In this document: in pieces, positions 10,797 through 20,701 of the stretch
Numbering within the stretch: position 1 is the stretch's first letter
Layout: each line of letters begins with the position of its first letter
From: Myxococcota bacterium
Lineage (GTDB): Bacteria; Myxococcota_A; SURF-8
Length of the DNA: 64,000 bases
NCBI GenBank assembly: GCA_963674735.2
Contig: CAXXQS010000001.1
Location: 224,001-288,000 of the forward strand
Direction of reading: 5' to 3'
Program-made: the position numbers and the translations under genes
Notes under the pieces: model-generated
The model's input: only the letters and a program-made list of their open reading frames with translations
What the model was told of the DNA's origin: nothing
Databases searched by the model: none

Positions 10797-11634
10797 AAAA
10801 GTGACGGAAGGCGAAAAAGAAATTCTCCTTGCGTTCCATCATGCGGCGGCTGAAATAGCCCACCCAATCTGAACCGTAGGGGACATATACGCGTACGGTT
10901 TCTCCGGCGGCGGCCAGTTGCTCCTGCCGGGCGCGCCGGATGCCGTAGAGCATTTGCCACTCGTAGCTCGATGTCGGGATGTTGCGTTCTTTGATGAAGG
11001 CCATGAGCGGTTCGATCATCTTGTCATCATGGGTGGCGAGCCCCACATGCCCCCCTTCGGTGAGGATCAGCCGGGCCAGTTTGAGGTAGCTTTCATTGAC
11101 GGCTTCTTTTTGGGGGTAGGCGATCTCGCGCGGCTCTTTATATGCGCCCTTGCATAACCGGATGTTGATTTTGTCGTCGTTGAGGCGACGAACGTCGGCT
11201 TCGCTGCGGTACAGGTAGCTTTGGATGACGATGCCCACGTTGTCAAACTCGGCATGCAGGCGCTCGAAGACATCAAGCGTAACTTGGGTGACGGCCGAAC
11301 CTTCCATGTCGATGCGGACGAAGTTGTTGAGCTCTTTGGCTTTTTTTACGATGCGCGCGACATTCTCCGCACAGAAATAGGAATCGATCTCAAGTCCCAT
11401 CATCGTCAGCTTGACCGAGACGTTGCTTTGAACCCCGGTTTTGTCGATTTCATCCAGAATGCGTATATATTCATCGGCTGCAGCCGTTGCCTCTTCGCGG
11501 CTGTGGACATTTTCCCCCAAGTGATCGATGGTGGCGAGAATGCCGTTGCGGTTGAGGCGTTCGACGGCCCGCATAGCGTCGTGAACGGTCAGCCCGGCGA
11601 TGAAACGTTTGGCAAGCAATGTCAGCAATCCCAT
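10786..11634 (-). CDS. Monofunctional proline dehydrogenase
   Basis: RFIAG, DHLGE, SVKLT, RIDMEGS, IRLCKGAY, LATHD, QMLYG, VYVPYG. Confidence 0.93.
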   Translation of the reverse strand: MGLLTLLAKRFIAGLTVHDAMRAVERLNRNGILATIDHLGENVHSREEATAAADEYIRILDEIDKTGVQSNVSVKLTMMGLEIDSYFCAENVARIVKKAKELNNFVRIDMEGSAVTQVTLDVFERLHAEFDNVGIVIQSYLYRSEADVRRLNDDKINIRLCKGAYKEPREIAYPQKEAVNESYLKLARLILTEGGHVGLATHDDKMIEPLMAFIKERNIPTSSYEWQMLYGIRRARQEQLAAAGETVRVYVPYGSDWVGYFSRRMMERKENFFFAFRHFFKG

Positions 11635-11855
11635 GGTGCATCCCCTTTGATTCGAGCATCACCAGCAGCGGGCCATTGTGGCGCAGAATATGGTATCAAA
11701 ACCGTGGTCGTTGTCAAAAAAAGTACGGAATTTAGCTGAGGTGACGACTAAATATTTCATGAGATGCGGGGAAATCCTTGCACAGGTGGGGCGATATTGG
11801 ATACACTAGCCATTCCGGTGAGGACTGAGCCCGGGGAGTGGCACGAGGAGTGGCG

Positions 11856-12764
11856 ATGTCGATGAAACAAATCTGCCTGGCGCAGGTGTCTTGTAAACTG
11901 GGCCGCGTAAACGAAAATTTCGAGCGGCACGTGGAAATCGTGGAACAAGCACGTCGCGACGGCGCCGATCTGCTGGTGTTCCCGGAGCTGTCTCTTTGCG
12001 GTTACCAGTTGAAAGACCTGGTTTCCGATGTCGCTCTACCGATCGAAACCGTGTTGGAAGGCTGGCAGCGTCTGGGGGCGGGGCGACCTATCGAAGTGGT
12101 CTTCGGTTACCTGGAACAGTCGCCCGGTTTTCAGTATTACAATGCCATGATGCATCTGCGCATCGATGAGAACGGCCAACCGACACTTTTGCACAATCAT
12201 CGCAAATTGAACCTTCCGACCTACGGTATGTTCGAGGAGGAGCGTTACTTCTCCGGCGGAAACCGGCTGCGAGCTTACGATAGTCCTTTGTTAGGCCGAA
12301 CGGGACTTCTGATTTGCGAGGATTTGTGGCACCCGGCCAATCCCCTGATTTTGTCGATGGACGGGCCGGGGATGGAAGGTGTTGGAACCATTATTGCCGG
12401 GTCCAATTCTCCTGCACGCGGGGTGGCCGGTGGCGATACGGAGCCTGCCAATACGCGCATCTGGAAGCTTCTGGCGCGTTTCAGCGCTCTGGCTTACAAC
12501 TGCTTGGTGATCGTCTGCCAGCGAGTGGGCGTGGAAGATGGATTCGTTTATACCGGCGGGTCCGAAGTGATCGGTCCGGGAGGGGTGGAACTGGCCAAGG
12601 CCGGGCTGTTCGATGAACAAATTCTCACCTGCCGCTTGGATCTGGAGGCTTTGATTCGGGAACGGCGCACCATGCTGCCGGGTGGAACCCAGGAAGACTA
12701 CGAACGCTTGCAACGCGAACTGAATCGCGTGGGGCGTGTTTATTTACAGGATAGCAAACGATGA
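11856..12764 (+). CDS. Nitrilase-fold hydrolase, probable stand-alone glutaminase subunit of NAD synthetase
   Basis: E-K-C triad motifs [32 protein letters not shown]; ATGA-coupled to nadE. Confidence 0.85.
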   Translation: MSMKQICLAQVSCKLGRVNENFERHVEIVEQARRDGADLLVFPELSLCGYQLKDLVSDVALPIETVLEGWQRLGAGRPIEVVFGYLEQSPGFQYYNAMMHLRIDENGQPTLLHNHRKLNLPTYGMFEEERYFSGGNRLRAYDSPLLGRTGLLICEDLWHPANPLILSMDGPGMEGVGTIIAGSNSPARGVAGGDTEPANTRIWKLLARFSALAYNCLVIVCQRVGVEDGFVYTGGSEVIGPGGVELAKAGLFDEQILTCRLDLEALIRERRTMLPGGTQEDYERLQRELNRVGRVYLQDSKR

Positions 12765-13615
12765 ACATACCCAGCGAATTGCAGGTATCGCCGCCTTTGG
12801 TCGAGAAAATTCTCACCACCTTCATTGCCGATGAAGTGCGAAAGGTGGGGCTTTCGCGTGTGGTGCTGGGACTCTCGGGTGGGATCGACTCGGCCCTCTC
12901 GTGCTACCTGGCCGTGCGCGCCCTTGGAGCCGAAAATGTGGTGCCGTTGATCATGCCTTCGGCGGTATCGAGCCTGGATAGCGTTTCGGATGCGCGTGCC
13001 TGTGTGGACGCGCTCGGTATTCCACGTCACCACGAAATTTCGGTGTCGCCGCAAGTGGAAACCTACTTCGACAAACCCGAGATTCCCAAAAGCGCGGACG
13101 AGGCGGAATTCAAAAACCGGATGGGAAACAAAATGGCGCGTGAACGTATGACCATCCTCTACGACCTGTCGGTCGTGGAGCGCGCCCTGGTTCTCGGAAC
13201 CAGTAATAAAACCGAACTGCTGCTTGGCTACGGTACGTTGCATGGGGATATGGCGTCGGCCATCAACCCTATCGGCGATCTTTACAAAATGCAGGTGTTC
13301 CAAATGGCGGAATACCTGGATGTTCCGGCCACGATTGTGGCTAAACCGCCCACGGCCGATCTCTGGGCCGGGCAGACCGATGAAGGTCAACTCGGTTTTA
13401 CGTATTCGGATGTGGATCGGTTGTTATTGGAAATGGTGGATCACCGCCATACGGACTCCGAATTGATCGAAGGTGGCTTTGAGGCGGGATTTGTCGAGAG
13501 GGTACGTGGTATGATTCGCTCCTCTCAATTCAAGCGCCGGTTGCCGGTCATTGCAAAGGTAAGCGAGCGCACCATCGATAGGGATTTCAATTATGCCAGG
13601 GACTGGGGATTATAA
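12761..13615 (+). CDS. nadE: NAD+ synthetase, synthetase domain only
   Basis: [53 protein letters not shown]. Confidence 0.96.
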   Translation: MNIPSELQVSPPLVEKILTTFIADEVRKVGLSRVVLGLSGGIDSALSCYLAVRALGAENVVPLIMPSAVSSLDSVSDARACVDALGIPRHHEISVSPQVETYFDKPEIPKSADEAEFKNRMGNKMARERMTILYDLSVVERALVLGTSNKTELLLGYGTLHGDMASAINPIGDLYKMQVFQMAEYLDVPATIVAKPPTADLWAGQTDEGQLGFTYSDVDRLLLEMVDHRHTDSELIEGGFEAGFVERVRGMIRSSQFKRRLPVIAKVSERTIDRDFNYARDWGL

Positions 13616-14162
13616 ACGGCGGGTGGCGATTTATGGAGGAAGCTTCAATCCGCCCCATATCTGCCACCAGCTGACGTTGCTGTACGTGCTTGAAACCTGT
13701 CCGGTGGACGAGGTTTGGCTCGTGCCGTGTAATGAACACGCTTTTGGTAAGGATTTGGCGCCCTTCGAGCTGCGCCGCAGTTGGTGCGAAGTCCTGGTGC
13801 AGCCCTTCGGTGCACGTTGTCGTGTCAGCGATATCGAACAGCAGCTTGGGGGCGAATCTCGTAGTATCGACACCCTTGAAGTCCTGGTCGAACGTTTTCC
13901 AAACGTTACTTTTTCGCTGGTTCTCGGTTCCGATATTCGCGCCGAGCGCGAACAATGGAAACGTTTCGACGAATTGGAACGACGGTTTCCGATATTCTGG
14001 ATCGGTCGCCAGGGATTCGGCGAGGCCTTAAGTGACGGCATTTGTTTGCCCGATATCTCCAGTACGCAGATCCGGGAAGCGTTTCGCAGTGGTAAGCCAT
14101 TGGAATCCTTTATTCCTTCCCGTGTGCTGGATACCATTCGCGCGAGCGGTTATCGTTGGTGA
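13593..14162 (+). CDS. nadD: Nicotinate-nucleotide adenylyltransferase
   Basis: [26 protein letters not shown]; follows nadE. Confidence 0.9.
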   Translation: MPGTGDYKRRVAIYGGSFNPPHICHQLTLLYVLETCPVDEVWLVPCNEHAFGKDLAPFELRRSWCEVLVQPFGARCRVSDIEQQLGGESRSIDTLEVLVERFPNVTFSLVLGSDIRAEREQWKRFDELERRFPIFWIGRQGFGEALSDGICLPDISSTQIREAFRSGKPLESFIPSRVLDTIRASGYRW

Positions 14163-14366
14163 AAACCTTCAAAAATCGATTATGTTGATGATTGTTTCAT
14201 ATCATCCAAATCAAATGGAATCGTTGCGTTGCGATTTTATCTCTGATAGATTGTTCTGAATGGTTGTAGACGCCGGCGGCGGCGTATCTGGAACCCCCAT
14301 AGCCCTGTGGCGAATGAAATGGGATTATTATCGGGTTTTAACCCGGCTTTGCATATGGAGACCAAT

Positions 14367-15398
14367 ATGAGAGTGGCCTTGTTTTTTGATGGAAAGAACT
14401 TTTATTCCGGCCTGAAGGATCAAGCTCCCTCCTCGGTGATCGATTTCAAAAAAATGTCCCAATGGCTGGTTGAACGGGTAGGCGGTTCCCATCTGTGGGG
14501 GGCTTATTACTACACGGGAGTCGAAACCGGTCAGGTACGGAATGAGGGTCAGATCAAGCTTGCCGGATTTCTGGATATGCTGGACTTGCAACCCGGATTT
14601 TTCGTCAAACGCTTCCCGCGTAAAGTACAGAGTTTCAGCTGTCATAGTTGCGGAACGATCAACCGCTACACCTTGGAAAAAGAGATCGATACGACCATGG
14701 TCGCCGATATGTTGCGACTGGCGGCCGTGGATGCTTTCGATGTTCTGGTGCTCATGTCGGGCGATGCCGACCTCACTCCGGCTGTGAGCGGTGTTCGTGC
14801 AATCGGCAAGCAGGCTTATGTGGCCACCTGGGGCAAGACGGGGTTGTCGGCGCGTATTCGCAAGGCGGCCTTCGATCACATCGAATTGCTGGATGGACTG
14901 GATAGTTTCGGTCGTAACAATAATGGCGGCCAGAGCTCGTTTGCCGGGGAATCGGTTTCGAATTATGGTGAATCGTCCGGAGGTTGGCGGCGCAGTGAGG
15001 AAAGCCACGAGTTGAAGGGGCAGAACGACGAGCACGATATGAATGTGTTTCTTGAAGAACTCAGTCGCGCTCAGCAGACCTTCTACTCGGGTTATGTCGG
15101 GATGAATTATTTCATCAAGCGTTGGCAATCGGATCAGTTTGTCGACCAGCCGGACCGTCGTCGCTATTTGTTGGATATGCTGGCGGATCAGGAGCGGGTG
15201 GAAGTCTATGATGCGCCCGACGGCAACAAGGCTATTCGTATCATCAACGCCGAATTGGACGACGAAACCGAATTGGACGACGAAGCGGAGTCGGATGACG
15301 ACGTCGAATATGACGACGATGGTATCGGGAATGTAGCCGATGCCGCTGAAGAGGATTTCGACGATGACGATCCGGATGTGCTCGACGACGAGGATTGA
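14367..15398 (+). CDS. NYN (LabA/DUF88) domain protein with CxxC insert and acidic tail
   Basis: FFDGKNF, EKEIDT, MSGDADL, GKQ motifs; GGAG before ATG 14367. Confidence 0.88.
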   Translation: MRVALFFDGKNFYSGLKDQAPSSVIDFKKMSQWLVERVGGSHLWGAYYYTGVETGQVRNEGQIKLAGFLDMLDLQPGFFVKRFPRKVQSFSCHSCGTINRYTLEKEIDTTMVADMLRLAAVDAFDVLVLMSGDADLTPAVSGVRAIGKQAYVATWGKTGLSARIRKAAFDHIELLDGLDSFGRNNNGGQSSFAGESVSNYGESSGGWRRSEESHELKGQNDEHDMNVFLEELSRAQQTFYSGYVGMNYFIKRWQSDQFVDQPDRRRYLLDMLADQERVEVYDAPDGNKAIRIINAELDDETELDDEAESDDDVEYDDDGIGNVADAAEEDFDDDDPDVLDDED

Positions 15399-15511
15399 TG
15401 AATCATTTCAGGTCGGAGGCTTGATGTCTCCGTCCGAATTTCTGATACAAACAGTGAAATAGTGTCGATGGTATGTGGAATCATCGGTTCCGCGCAAAAA
15501 GGAGACGGAGA

Positions 15512-18211
15512 ATGCGTCGTTGGTGGATCGGTTTCATGATTCTGGCCCTTTTAGTCGGTCTTTCGGCCTGTGCGGGCGGATCGAACGATGATCCGGACGG
15601 CGACGCTCCTGCCGGGGATGGCGATAGCGACGATCCGGCCGATGGTGATGTTCCGGCCTGCTCCGGTTCCTGCGAGGATGCGGTTACGGATGCCTATTGT
15701 CTGGGGTCGAACCTGTGCGTTTGCCAAAACGACGAATGGACGGTCGTCAACTGTAGCGTTTACTGCCTCAACATGGGGCGGGATGTCATGGGTTGCGCTA
15801 TCGATGCGGCAAACGGCTTTGCCTGTATTTGCGGATCGGAAGCGGACGGCGATATTCCCGACGGTGATGAAGATTCCGCTGGCGATCAGGACAGCGATAG
15901 TGACGAAACGGATGGCGACGAAGAAAAGACCGAATATGGCGAATACGATGAGCCGAGCCTGTTTGCGTATCCCGATGACGCTTTCGATGAATTGTGCGGT
16001 GAAAACGACCCGGTTTACGGCGATGAAATCGAACTGGCCTACGAGGATGGAAATGTTGCAGGAACGATGGCGGGCTCGTACGACTGGAACGACGAGGCGA
16101 TTCATTTCATTCCCGATCGACCGATGCGCATCAAGAAAGTGCGTATGCGTTTCAATGGAATGGGAACGGTGGCCGTGCGTCTGACGCGGGATATCGCACG
16201 TTCCAATCCTAATTTGGATTTACTGCTCGCGCCAGAGAAACAACACACGATTTCTCCCGACGAGATGGGTAAATGGGTCGAAATCGATTTCAGCGACGAC
16301 GATGTCGTGGTACATCCGCGCGATCATTTTTGGGTGGTTTATCGACATCTGGCGCCGCAGCCTCTCCTGCTGCTTGGGGACAAAACCGACACGTTCACCC
16401 ATAGCATGTTGCGGTCGGATGTGCTGATCGCTGAATGGCGCGCGGAAAACTCTGCGTTTGTTTGGGCGGGAGGTCCGAGCAATGTGGATTACATAGTTCG
16501 CGTGGTGGTGGAACCGTTTTGCGAAGCCGATACGCGATTCTTTACCGACATTTCCGCCGAAACCGCTGTTTTGGAGCCGACACGCGAAGATACTGGCTTG
16601 ACTATCGCGGATGTGAAAGAAAACCGGGTGTCGTTTGTCGATCTCAACCAGGATTTGTGGCCCGATTTCGTCTTGCATGAAACCGCCAACGGCGTGGATG
16701 ATCCCGACCGGGTGCGCGTTTTGCTCAACAACGGCGCAAACGCGTTTATCGACGACACGGCAGCCACCGGATTGAACGGTCACTACACGGTGTTGATGAG
16801 CTTCGGTGACATCAACAACGATGGTTATCTGGACGCCTACGGCGGCGTTTACACGCCGCAGGACAACCCTGAAGCTCTCGTCGATGGTGATGCGGACGAC
16901 GAGAGCGAAAGTGAAACGGATGGGGATGGAGAAGACGCGGAAACGGCCATGAATCTCTACAAGGCGCGCGATCTCATTCTCTTGAACGATGGCTCCGGTG
17001 CTTTTTCGCCGCTTCCCGATTCGGGTGTGGAGGAAACCGCGACGACTTCCGGAGCGGGTCTGGCTGATTACAATCACGACGGAAACCTCGATCTGTACGA
17101 GGGCAACTGGCTGGTTGAGTATCCCAAATCCGACGCCATGCTCGACTTGTTGTTCGAGGGAGCGGGGGATGGCACCTTTACCGAAGTCAGCGATGACATG
17201 GGTATCAGCTATATCCCGCAGCGTTTCGGTTTGGCCTGTTATGGGGTTACCTGGTGCGATTGGAACGACGACGGTTGGATGGATATTCTGGTCGCCAACT
17301 ATGGCTACGATCCGAATTTGTTGTGGAAAAACAACGCGGGTCAGGGCTTCAGCGATGTCGGAGTCGCCACCGGTTTGGCGCGTGACGGCGTCGGCGGGTC
17401 TGGAGGCAATACCTTCGGTATCGACTGCGGCGATTTCAACAACGATGGCTACCAGGATGTATTTCTGGCGGAAATCGCCCACCCGCGCTATCAACCGGAT
17501 TCCGATCCGTCGCGTTTGATGCGCAATTTGGGTTCCGAAGGCGACTACAACTTCGAGGATCTGACGCGCGATGTGGGGATCTACTACGATGAGGGCGAAA
17601 TCGACGCCAGTTGGGGCGATTTCGATAACGACGGCGATTTGGATCTGGTGGTGGCTTCGCTTTATACCTTGCATTTCGCACGTTTATACCGTCAGGAATG
17701 GGATGGTAGTTTCAGCGATATCAGCTATGAAGCGGGAATCAACGCGCACGATGCGGTGGGAACCAACTGGGCCGATATCGACCGCGACGGCGACTTGGAT
17801 CTGGCCGTGGCACGGCGCGGCACCGGGGCGCATCTGCACCTGTTCCGAAACGAAATCGGCAGTGAGAATCATTGGTTGCAGATCAGGTTGGAAGGCTGCG
17901 CCGGAACCGATAAAGCGGGCCGCGACGATTATGTCTGCTCGAACCGATCCGCTATCGGCGCGAAAATCACCGTCACGGCAGGCGATCTGGTGATGGTGCG
18001 CGAAGTGCGCGGTGGCAAGGGGCACTTCAACCAGCAACATCCATTCGTTCAGCACTTCGGGCTCGGCGAACACGAAACGATCGACTCCATTAAGGTTCGC
18101 TGGCCGAACGGCGACAGCACCACTTTTGATGGCCCGATCTCGGTGGATCAATTCCTGTATGGAATGGAACTGGGAGGTGATCTGGTTGTCGATCCACTGA
18201 TCGTCCCATAA
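15512..18211 (+). CDS. FG-GAP/VCBS repeat + ASPIC/UnbV (CRTAC1-like) lipoprotein
   Basis: Lipobox LSAC; repeated DxNxDGxxD motifs; NHWLQIRLEG...SNRSAIGAKITV...HFGLG...VRWPNG. Confidence 0.9.
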   Translation: MRRWWIGFMILALLVGLSACAGGSNDDPDGDAPAGDGDSDDPADGDVPACSGSCEDAVTDAYCLGSNLCVCQNDEWTVVNCSVYCLNMGRDVMGCAIDAANGFACICGSEADGDIPDGDEDSAGDQDSDSDETDGDEEKTEYGEYDEPSLFAYPDDAFDELCGENDPVYGDEIELAYEDGNVAGTMAGSYDWNDEAIHFIPDRPMRIKKVRMRFNGMGTVAVRLTRDIARSNPNLDLLLAPEKQHTISPDEMGKWVEIDFSDDDVVVHPRDHFWVVYRHLAPQPLLLLGDKTDTFTHSMLRSDVLIAEWRAENSAFVWAGGPSNVDYIVRVVVEPFCEADTRFFTDISAETAVLEPTREDTGLTIADVKENRVSFVDLNQDLWPDFVLHETANGVDDPDRVRVLLNNGANAFIDDTAATGLNGHYTVLMSFGDINNDGYLDAYGGVYTPQDNPEALVDGDADDESESETDGDGEDAETAMNLYKARDLILLNDGSGAFSPLPDSGVEETATTSGAGLADYNHDGNLDLYEGNWLVEYPKSDAMLDLLFEGAGDGTFTEVSDDMGISYIPQRFGLACYGVTWCDWNDDGWMDILVANYGYDPNLLWKNNAGQGFSDVGVATGLARDGVGGSGGNTFGIDCGDFNNDGYQDVFLAEIAHPRYQPDSDPSRLMRNLGSEGDYNFEDLTRDVGIYYDEGEIDASWGDFDNDGDLDLVVASLYTLHFARLYRQEWDGSFSDISYEAGINAHDAVGTNWADIDRDGDLDLAVARRGTGAHLHLFRNEIGSENHWLQIRLEGCAGTDKAGRDDYVCSNRSAIGAKITVTAGDLVMVREVRGGKGHFNQQHPFVQHFGLGEHETIDSIKVRWPNGDSTTFDGPISVDQFLYGMELGGDLVVDPLIVP

Positions 18212-18240
18212 ACCGTATCGGCGGTAAAATGATGTAGCAA

Positions 18241-18264
18241 CGGTCGCCTTGTGCGGCCGTTTTT
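18241..18264 (+). terminator. Probable intrinsic terminator
   Basis: CGGTCGC-cttgt-GCGGCCG stem followed by TTTTT, 30 nt after the stop codon. Confidence 0.6.
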
Positions 18265-18455
18265 ATTAGGTGTATCCTACACGTCAGATCCCCATTTTCG
18301 CTACAAATCCAGCAAGTTCCAACGCGGTTCCAAGTCGGGAAATTTCTCGTTGACTGAAACTCGGCGTCGACGTGACTTTTACTTGCCAGTCAGGGAATAG
18401 AATCGTAAAATGGATGCATCCAAACAATGTGGGTCAAACAAAAGAGGACAGATTG

Positions 18456-18893
18456 ATGTCGAAGGCAAAAACCGGCGACACGGTTAAGGTGCATTATACC
18501 GGCCGTCTGTTGGACGGTACGGTGCTCGATAGCTCGCGTGAGGGGGAGCCGCTGAAGATCGTGTTGGGGCGCGGTGATTTGATCGGCGGGTTCGAGCAGG
18601 CGATCGTGGGGATGCAGGTCGGCGAAGAAAAAACCACTGCGCTGAAATCCACCGAGGCGTTCGGACTGCGCGACCCCGGGCGCATTGTCCATTTACAGCG
18701 GAATCAATTGCCTCTGGAGGCTCCCTGGCGGGTCGGACAATCGGTACGGATCCGTCACGATGGCGGTATCGCCACGGAGGCGGTGGTGGTGGAGGCGACC
18801 GAATTCGAGATCGTGCTCGACACCAACCACCCGCTGGCAGGTCGAGATTTGCTGTTTACCGTGCAACTACTCGATATTGTGAGCGAAATTTAG
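18456..18893 (+). CDS. FKBP-type peptidyl-prolyl isomerase (SlyD/FkpB-like)
   Basis: VKVHYTGRLLDGTVLDSS, GFEQAIVGM, DTNHPLAGRDL; GAGGA before ATG 18456. Confidence 0.92.
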   Translation: MSKAKTGDTVKVHYTGRLLDGTVLDSSREGEPLKIVLGRGDLIGGFEQAIVGMQVGEEKTTALKSTEAFGLRDPGRIVHLQRNQLPLEAPWRVGQSVRIRHDGGIATEAVVVEATEFEIVLDTNHPLAGRDLLFTVQLLDIVSEI

Positions 18894-19072
18894 TTTATGT
18901 TCGTCCCGGGTGCTTTTGAGAGGAAGTCGAAGTATTTCACCGACTTCCCGTTTCCTTCCAGACCGCTTTTATCCCGTAAAAGATGATTTTCGATGATGGT
19001 GAAACGATGGTTTCGAGTCGGAAATAGAGATGTTACTATTTAAGTAGATATTTATGCTTTGCACACGCACCC

Positions 19073-19103
19073 AAAAAAGCGCCCCCCATGGCGGAGGGCG
19101 CTT
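19073..19103 (-). terminator. Intrinsic terminator
   Basis: AAGCGCCC...GGGCGCTT stem with a U-tract on the minus strand. Confidence 0.7.
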
Positions 19104-19129
19104 AGGTAATCAAACAATAGCACGAGGTC

Positions 19130-20608
19130 TTAGAACACGCCGACCTCGGCGATCTCACGCGGGGTGGCGATGGTGAAAGTGAAACTGTTGTCGCTGATGC
19201 CGTCTTCGGCGCTGTATTTGATCACGCGCACTTTGCAGTCCACCGCACCGGAGCCGGAGAAGTAGCGCGTTTTGATCGTGAACGGTCCGGCATCGGCATC
19301 GGTGCCGGTGAAGACTTCCGGTCCCGGTCCGACGCGGTCGTCCAGGTTCAGGTTGCCCCAGTCGCGGCTTTTGGCACCGTAATAACATTGGTCGCCATCG
19401 GTGTTCCAGACGTGCAGGTCGATGTCGATCTGCTTGCCTTCTTCCTTGTTCCAACTCAGGATCACCACTAACGGGTTTTCAGGGGGCTGGCATTCGTCGC
19501 CGTAGGTGACGAGCATGGAGCGGTCACCCTCGCCGTTGGTTTGGGACGTGGTGAGTTGAATCTTCATAAAGCCGCCGTAAATGTAAACCTCGATGAAGTC
19601 GCCTTTTCCGCCGGAAAGTTTTCCGTCGATGATGGGGACTTCGATGAAGTCGATCTTGGGCGGGAAGTTTTCGCAGGTCTGGCCCCCGGTTTGCACCATC
19701 ACATAAGCGGTTTTGGCGTCGCCCTCGTATTCACCGTAGACGCGCACGATGCTTCCGGCCGCGACGCTGGAGGGCAGGGCGTAGGAATCGTCGGCGGCCG
19801 CACTGGCGTCCAGCAACTCGGAACCCGTGTTATCGAGCACTTTGAACGCGCTCCAGCCGGTCGGCTCGGCGGGCGGGATGATTTCATTGGGATCGGGCGG
19901 CATGCACTCGGCATCCGCAGTTCCGGGATCGACGCAGAACGAGCCTTCTTCGCCCGAGGCGGCCACGCAGTCGTCATCGGAAGTACAAGTGGGCAGTTTG
20001 CAGGTATTGTCTTCACAGGTGCCCCCAGCGTCCGTGCAGGCGGTTTCGTCGCACGCGGGCGGATCGGGTGCTGGCGGATCGACCGGCTCCGTATCTTCCG
20101 AACTGCCATCATCATTGAGGGAATCCGGGTCGGGCGGATCGGCGCAGGTGATGACGAAGTCCAACGAGATATCGGTGCTACCCGACGTAACGTCCGGTTT
20201 GATCAGCGTATCGAGGTTCAAAGCTCCGGTTTCAGCGTCGAAACCCTGGAAATCGATCGTGCAGTTTTCCTTCCCGGCGGTCGCTAAAAACGCATCAGCG
20301 GTGACGCCTTCGATCAGAAAGCTGCCATCGCTTCCGGTGGTGGCGGTAGCCGATGTGTTGGTTGATGACGCAACCTTTTCGGGGATGATTTTCGCTTCAC
20401 CGGAAGTGGGGTCGCCGCCTTCCACAAAGTCGTTATTCTGGGACAGTTTGAACAGTTTGACCGTCGCTCCCTCGATACCCTCTCCTTTGTCGTTTTTCAC
20501 CATTCCCTTGATGTTGACGTCGAGCAGGTCCGTGACCTCGTCGCAAGCGAGCAAGAAAACCCCGAGCATGAGTATCCATACGATAAACGTTCCGGTTTTG
20601 GTGGCCAT
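19130..20608 (-). CDS. Lipoprotein: carboxypeptidase-regulatory-like domain, Cys-rich linker, C-terminal YfaP/DUF2135-like domain
   Basis: Lipobox LLAC; IKGMVKNDKGEGIEGATV; VILSWN...DIDLHV...NLDDRVGPGPEVF. Confidence 0.75.
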   Translation of the reverse strand: MATKTGTFIVWILMLGVFLLACDEVTDLLDVNIKGMVKNDKGEGIEGATVKLFKLSQNNDFVEGGDPTSGEAKIIPEKVASSTNTSATATTGSDGSFLIEGVTADAFLATAGKENCTIDFQGFDAETGALNLDTLIKPDVTSGSTDISLDFVITCADPPDPDSLNDDGSSEDTEPVDPPAPDPPACDETACTDAGGTCEDNTCKLPTCTSDDDCVAASGEEGSFCVDPGTADAECMPPDPNEIIPPAEPTGWSAFKVLDNTGSELLDASAAADDSYALPSSVAAGSIVRVYGEYEGDAKTAYVMVQTGGQTCENFPPKIDFIEVPIIDGKLSGGKGDFIEVYIYGGFMKIQLTTSQTNGEGDRSMLVTYGDECQPPENPLVVILSWNKEEGKQIDIDLHVWNTDGDQCYYGAKSRDWGNLNLDDRVGPGPEVFTGTDADAGPFTIKTRYFSGSGAVDCKVRVIKYSAEDGISDNSFTFTIATPREIAEVGVF

Positions 20609-20701
20609 GTTTACCCCCTGATAAAGTTAATTGATCTGATTACCAAAGAGTAACCGGATTTGTGTGAAGGTCAAGTGCGAAATGACATCCTCGGCGAATT
20701 A

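Noticed and set aside
16220-17674. Long antisense ORFs (also 35258-36712, 39805-41082, 24294-25340, 61850-62785)
   Set aside because: They are shadows of well-supported genes, as expected from GC-rich codon bias, and carry no independent motifs.
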